In this document: positions 32,644 through 35,565 of the stretch, one piece after another | Layout of the letters: each line of letters starts with the position of its first letter | Numbering within the stretch: the stretch's first letter is position 1 | Assembly (NCBI GenBank): GCA_016210295.1 | Contig: JACQUM010000018.1 | Coordinates: forward strand, 1-35,565 | Direction: 5' to 3' | Source: Chloroflexota bacterium | Lineage (GTDB): Bacteria > Chloroflexota > Dehalococcoidia > UBA6926 > JACQUM01 | Length of the DNA: 35,565 nt | Program-made: the position numbers and the translations under genes | Notes under the pieces: generated by a model | Databases searched by the model: none | The model's input: only the letters and a program-made list of their open reading frames with translations | What the model was told of the DNA's origin: nothing

Positions 32644-33237
32644 ATGGCGCGGTCAATCGGGGCGGGAATACTTCCGATCGAGCCTGGGTACCTTGTCGCG
32701 GCGCTCCTGGTCTTCCTCGGTGGGTGCGCGCAGGACATGGGCTCCTCGACTGCCCCCGTGGCCACCTCTCCGACCACCGGGCAGATGACCATGACGGAGG
32801 CCGCGCCGCCGAGCGTCCCCCCCGTCAAGGGGTTCTACAATGAGCGAGAAATCTGGTTCATTCACACCGAAGCATCGGACAGTGGCGTCGCAGCGATGTT
32901 GACAGCCATGATGGACTCCAAAGTCTTGCTGGTGTCCTCCCTGGCTGGCGTGGCTCCCTCTTTGCTCGCTGACGTCTTCGTCTTTACGAACGGGGTTACG
33001 GGCGGTGGCCCCTTCGGCTTCCAACCGGACGTCTTCGATCGCGCGCCAGGTGACGAGGGTTACACACCTCTGCGAGTCGTGAATTTAGTGGCATGGAAGA
33101 AGGAGGGTACTTCGCCGCGGGAACTGAGGTCCGCGGAGGAGGTGCGAGTGGCAGAGTCTCGGGGAGAGGTTACCATTACACGCCCGGGCGCCGTGGTGAA
33201 CATGCCCATCCTCACATGGCCGGGGGGCCACAGGTAG
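32644..33237 (+). CDS. Conserved hypothetical lipoprotein in the MerR operon
   Basis: The signal peptide has the lipobox FLGGC. I do not recognise the mature domain (GFYNEREIWFIHTEASD...FTNGVTGGGPFGFQPDVFD...VVNMPILTWPGG). ATG 32644 follows GGGGAGGG. Confidence 0.7.
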   Translation: MARSIGAGILPIEPGYLVAALLVFLGGCAQDMGSSTAPVATSPTTGQMTMTEAAPPSVPPVKGFYNEREIWFIHTEASDSGVAAMLTAMMDSKVLLVSSLAGVAPSLLADVFVFTNGVTGGGPFGFQPDVFDRAPGDEGYTPLRVVNLVAWKKEGTSPRELRSAEEVRVAESRGEVTITRPGAVVNMPILTWPGGHR

Positions 33238-33283
33238 CGCGGACGCTTTGGCGGCAGCGGGGCGTACTTTTGGAGGACGAACA

Positions 33284-33619
33284 ATGAAGCGGTTTCTTCG
33301 TACGGAGGAATACATCCTGGCTGCGTTGAGCAGTCTGCTCCCACTGCCCTGGTGATGAGTGGTGCCAGGCCTGCTCGGGCTGCTGGGGGCCAGCAGCAGC
33401 GGGGCGGCCATGGTACCTGCGTTGCAGGTGCTGACCTGGCCCTTCCTGGGCCTTACGACTCTCACCCTGAGTTGGGGTTGGTACCGCGCCCTGGGTCACA
33501 GGGGGTGGCGCTCTCTCTGGGGTAGACGCAGCGTCTTGCTCCTCGTGGCCTCTACTAGCCTCAGCGCACTTCTCTGGGGGCTGCGCTTCGCCGGACTCCT
33601 CGGGGCACGGCCCTGGTGA
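33284..33619 (+). CDS. Small membrane protein, MerF/MerT-like, with tandem in-frame UGA-UGA (33353-33358); alternatively a 23-codon upstream ORF plus ORF 33359..33619
   Basis: ATG 33284 follows a strong RBS (GGAGGA, 6-nt spacing). The frame reads MKRFLRTEEYILAALSSLLPLPW-TGA-TGA-VVPGLLGLLGASSSGAAMVPAL..., all in one frame. The stops fall in the middle of a predicted transmembrane helix, where MerF has LVALCCFTPVLVILLGVVGLS. Confidence 0.4.
33379..33397 (+). promoter_or_regulatory. SECIS-like hairpin downstream of the UGA-UGA
   Basis: GCUGCUGG-GGG-CCAGCAGC forms a perfect 8-bp stem with a G-only loop. It starts 20 nt after the second UGA. Confidence 0.35.
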
Positions 33620-33661
33620 CATGACCTCTCCCGACCGCTCATATCCTTCTCGGCCTGTGAC

Positions 33662-33690
33662 TTGAGGCTGCCCTGCCGTCATGGTATCCT
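33662..33690 (+). promoter_or_regulatory. Candidate promoter TTGAGG-17 nt-TATCCT with an extended -10 TG
   Basis: It lies 25 nt upstream of the nuoE ATG. Confidence 0.35.
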
Positions 33691-33714
33691 AGCGCCTAGT
33701 TCGAGAAATCACGA

Positions 33715-34191
33715 ATGGAGGGGGCTCCGGTGGTTTCAGCGTCCAATGATGCGCTGCGCGCTCAGGTCCGCGGCATCCTGGAGAAGTACCGCGGCCACAA
33801 GGGCGCCCTCCTCATGGGCCTCTTGGACGTCCAGTACACCCTGGGCTACGTGCCGGAGCTCACCGTCCAGGAGGCGGCGGAGGTCCTGAACGTCTCTTTC
33901 CCCGAGGTGTGGGGCGTCCTCACCTTCTACGCCGACTTCAAGGTGGGGAAGAAGGCCGACCATCTCATCGACGTGTGCATAGATACCCCCTGCCATGTCG
34001 AAGGCGCCGAGCGTATCTGGGAGGCGCTGGAACAGGCAGCAGCCCAGGGGACGGACTCCCCTCGTTTTGAGCTCCGGCGCGTCTCCTGCCCGCGCCTGTG
34101 CGCCAAGGCCCCGGTCATCGCCCTCGACCAGCAGTGGAAGGGAGAAATGACGGTAGAGAAGGCGGTGAAAGTCGCCTCCGACCTTCCTTGA
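33715..34191 (+). CDS. nuoE: NuoE/HoxE-type [2Fe-2S] subunit (24-kDa family)
   Basis: It has the thioredoxin-like 2Fe-2S pattern C..PC...(about 36 residues)...CPRLC, preceded by LLMGLLDVQYTLGYVP. Confidence 0.9.
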   Translation: MEGAPVVSASNDALRAQVRGILEKYRGHKGALLMGLLDVQYTLGYVPELTVQEAAEVLNVSFPEVWGVLTFYADFKVGKKADHLIDVCIDTPCHVEGAERIWEALEQAAAQGTDSPRFELRRVSCPRLCAKAPVIALDQQWKGEMTVEKAVKVASDLP

Positions 34192-34210
34192 CGACCAAGA
34201 AGGGGACTCC

Positions 34211-35565
34211 ATGCCATCGGCAGCCTACGAGAAACTGAGGGAGCGGGCCTGGAAGGCCTGGCAGCCCTGGGAGGAGAGCACGATGCCCCGCGTCACCGTG
34301 GGCATCTCCGCCTGCTCCCTCTCCGTCGGAGCGGGCGAGACCCTTGCTGTCATTCGGAGCGAGGTCCAGCGTCTGGGGCTGGAGGTCCGCATCATGGAGG
34401 TGGGGGACATCGGCTTCTGCTGGGCGGAGCCCGTTGTGGGGGTTGCGCACCCCGGGGAACCCTTCGTCCTCTACGGGCCGGTGGCGCCGGAGATCGCTGC
34501 CCGCTTCGTCGCCGACATCCTGGTTGCTCGTCTCCCGAGACGAGACGTGGCCCTCGGCACGATGGGAAAGGGAACGGTCGAGGGGATTTCCCCGCTCTCA
34601 GACCAGCCGTGGATGCGACACCAGCGCCGCCTGGTGATGAAGAACTTCGGGATCATCGGGCCCGGCAACCTGGACCACTATGTCGCCAAGGGCGGGTATT
34701 GGAGCTTCGACAAGGCGCTCTTCGAGATGAAGCCCGCCCAGGTGATCGACGAGGTCAAGGCCTCCAACCTCCGGGGCCGTGGGGGAGCCGTTTTCCCCAC
34801 CGGCACCAAGTGGGGCTTCATGACCAACGCTCCGGCCCCCAAGTACCTGGCTGTGAACGGGGAGGAGGGCGACCCCGGCGCCTTCACCGACAAGGGTATC
34901 GTGGAGAACGACCCCCACATGCTCCTGGAAGGTGCTCTCATCTCCGCCTATGCCATGGGCTGCACCAAGACATTCATCCACATCCGCGCCGAGTATTTCC
35001 TGGCTGTCGAGCGTCTGCGCCGCGCGGTGCGGGAGCTGGAGGAGGCGGGCCTGGTGGGCCACCACATCCTCGGCTCCGAATTCAGCCATGAGATCGAAGT
35101 TGAGGCCACGGGCCATGCTTACATTTGCGGCGAGGAGACAGCGCTCATGGAGTCGGTGGAGGGGAAGCGCGGCGCCCCCCGGCCCAGGCCTCCCTTCCCC
35201 GCTCAGTACGGCATCTTCGGCCGCCCCACCAACGTGAACAACGTGAAGACTATCTCCTATGTGCCCGCCGTGCTTCGCATGGGCGCTGACGCCTTCCTCA
35301 AGTTGGGCACCCAGAACGCCTCCGGTACCGCCATGCTCTCGCTCTCCGGCCACATCAACAAGCGCGGCATCGCGGAGATACCTGTTGGCCTCAACCTCAA
35401 GACCGTGATCGAGGATGTGGCGGGCGGCGTACGCAACGGGAAGAAGGCCAAGGCGCTCCAGTGCGGCGGCCCCCTCGGCGGCCTCATGGCCGCGACCGAG
35501 ATGGACATGATCGCCGAGTTCCAGGCCATGACCGCCAAGAGCTCTCCCCTTGGCTCCGGCGGCAT
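34211..35565 (+). CDS. nuoF: NuoF/HoxF/HydB-type NAD(H)- and FMN-binding flavoprotein subunit; 3' end lies outside the window
   Basis: I translated this by hand, as it is absent from the track because no stop falls in the window. It reads MPSAAYEKLRERAW..., with an N-terminal thioredoxin-like extension, then LRGRGGAVFPTGTKW, NGEEGDPGAF, YICGEETALMESVEGKRG and NVNNVKT. Confidence 0.9.
   Translation, partial: MPSAAYEKLRERAWKAWQPWEESTMPRVTVGISACSLSVGAGETLAVIRSEVQRLGLEVRIMEVGDIGFCWAEPVVGVAHPGEPFVLYGPVAPEIAARFVADILVARLPRRDVALGTMGKGTVEGISPLSDQPWMRHQRRLVMKNFGIIGPGNLDHYVAKGGYWSFDKALFEMKPAQVIDEVKASNLRGRGGAVFPTGTKWGFMTNAPAPKYLAVNGEEGDPGAFTDKGIVENDPHMLLEGALISAYAMGCTKTFIHIRAEYFLAVERLRRAVRELEEAGLVGHHILGSEFSHEIEVEATGHAYICGEETALMESVEGKRGAPRPRPPFPAQYGIFGRPTNVNNVKTISYVPAVLRMGADAFLKLGTQNASGTAMLSLSGHINKRGIAEIPVGLNLKTVIEDVAGGVRNGKKAKALQCGGPLGGLMAATEMDMIAEFQAMTAKSSPLGSGG

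Noticed and set aside
33617-33619. The terminal TGA of the small membrane ORF (context CCC TGG TGA, the same as at the UGA-UGA site) as a third Sec codon.
   Set aside because: Read-through would run for 270 nt with a non-membrane, Arg-rich translation and would overlap the nuoE promoter and gene in another frame. No hairpin follows. It is treated as the genuine stop.

Overview
This is a high-GC (about 65%) bacterial chromosomal window, densely coding, with GGAGG-type ribosome binding sites (RBS) and many overlapping stop/start codons. The intergenic repeats resemble those I recall from Chloroflexota-like genomes, but that placement is a guess. All family assignments come from motifs read by eye; no database search was run.

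Gene content, left to right:
- A fused ABC exporter coupled to a Gly/His-repeat ORF.
- A DUF3179 lipoprotein, then htpX.
- A TetR-controlled ubiD-ubiA-ubiX cluster, which looks like the late steps of futalosine-route menaquinone synthesis, fused to a NitT/TauT-type ABC importer.
- A PD40 beta-propeller lipoprotein with an orphan Dpp-type permease.
- tRNA-Glu(UUC) and argC.
- A decayed MacB/FtsX-type ABC pair, then nth.
- Two tandem paralogous mini-ORFs.
- tldD-pmbA followed by a HEAT-repeat gene, then a YkgJ Cys-cluster protein.
- S41 peptidase, mutS2, folB and a rhomboid protease.
- A family III CoA-transferase, two MBL-fold hydrolases and a cupin.
- A MerR/CueR-like metal operon.
- nuoE and a partial nuoF-like gene.

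The most interesting signals are two independent in-frame UGA sites. Each sits exactly where homologues carry redox or metal-binding cysteines, and each is followed by a SECIS-like hairpin (SECIS is the selenocysteine insertion signal). One is a U-x-x-C in the DUF3179 protein. The other is a tandem UGA-UGA in a MerF-like membrane protein. Also notable are a structured intergenic repeat family, a 21-bp perfect palindrome, and gene-decay lesions.
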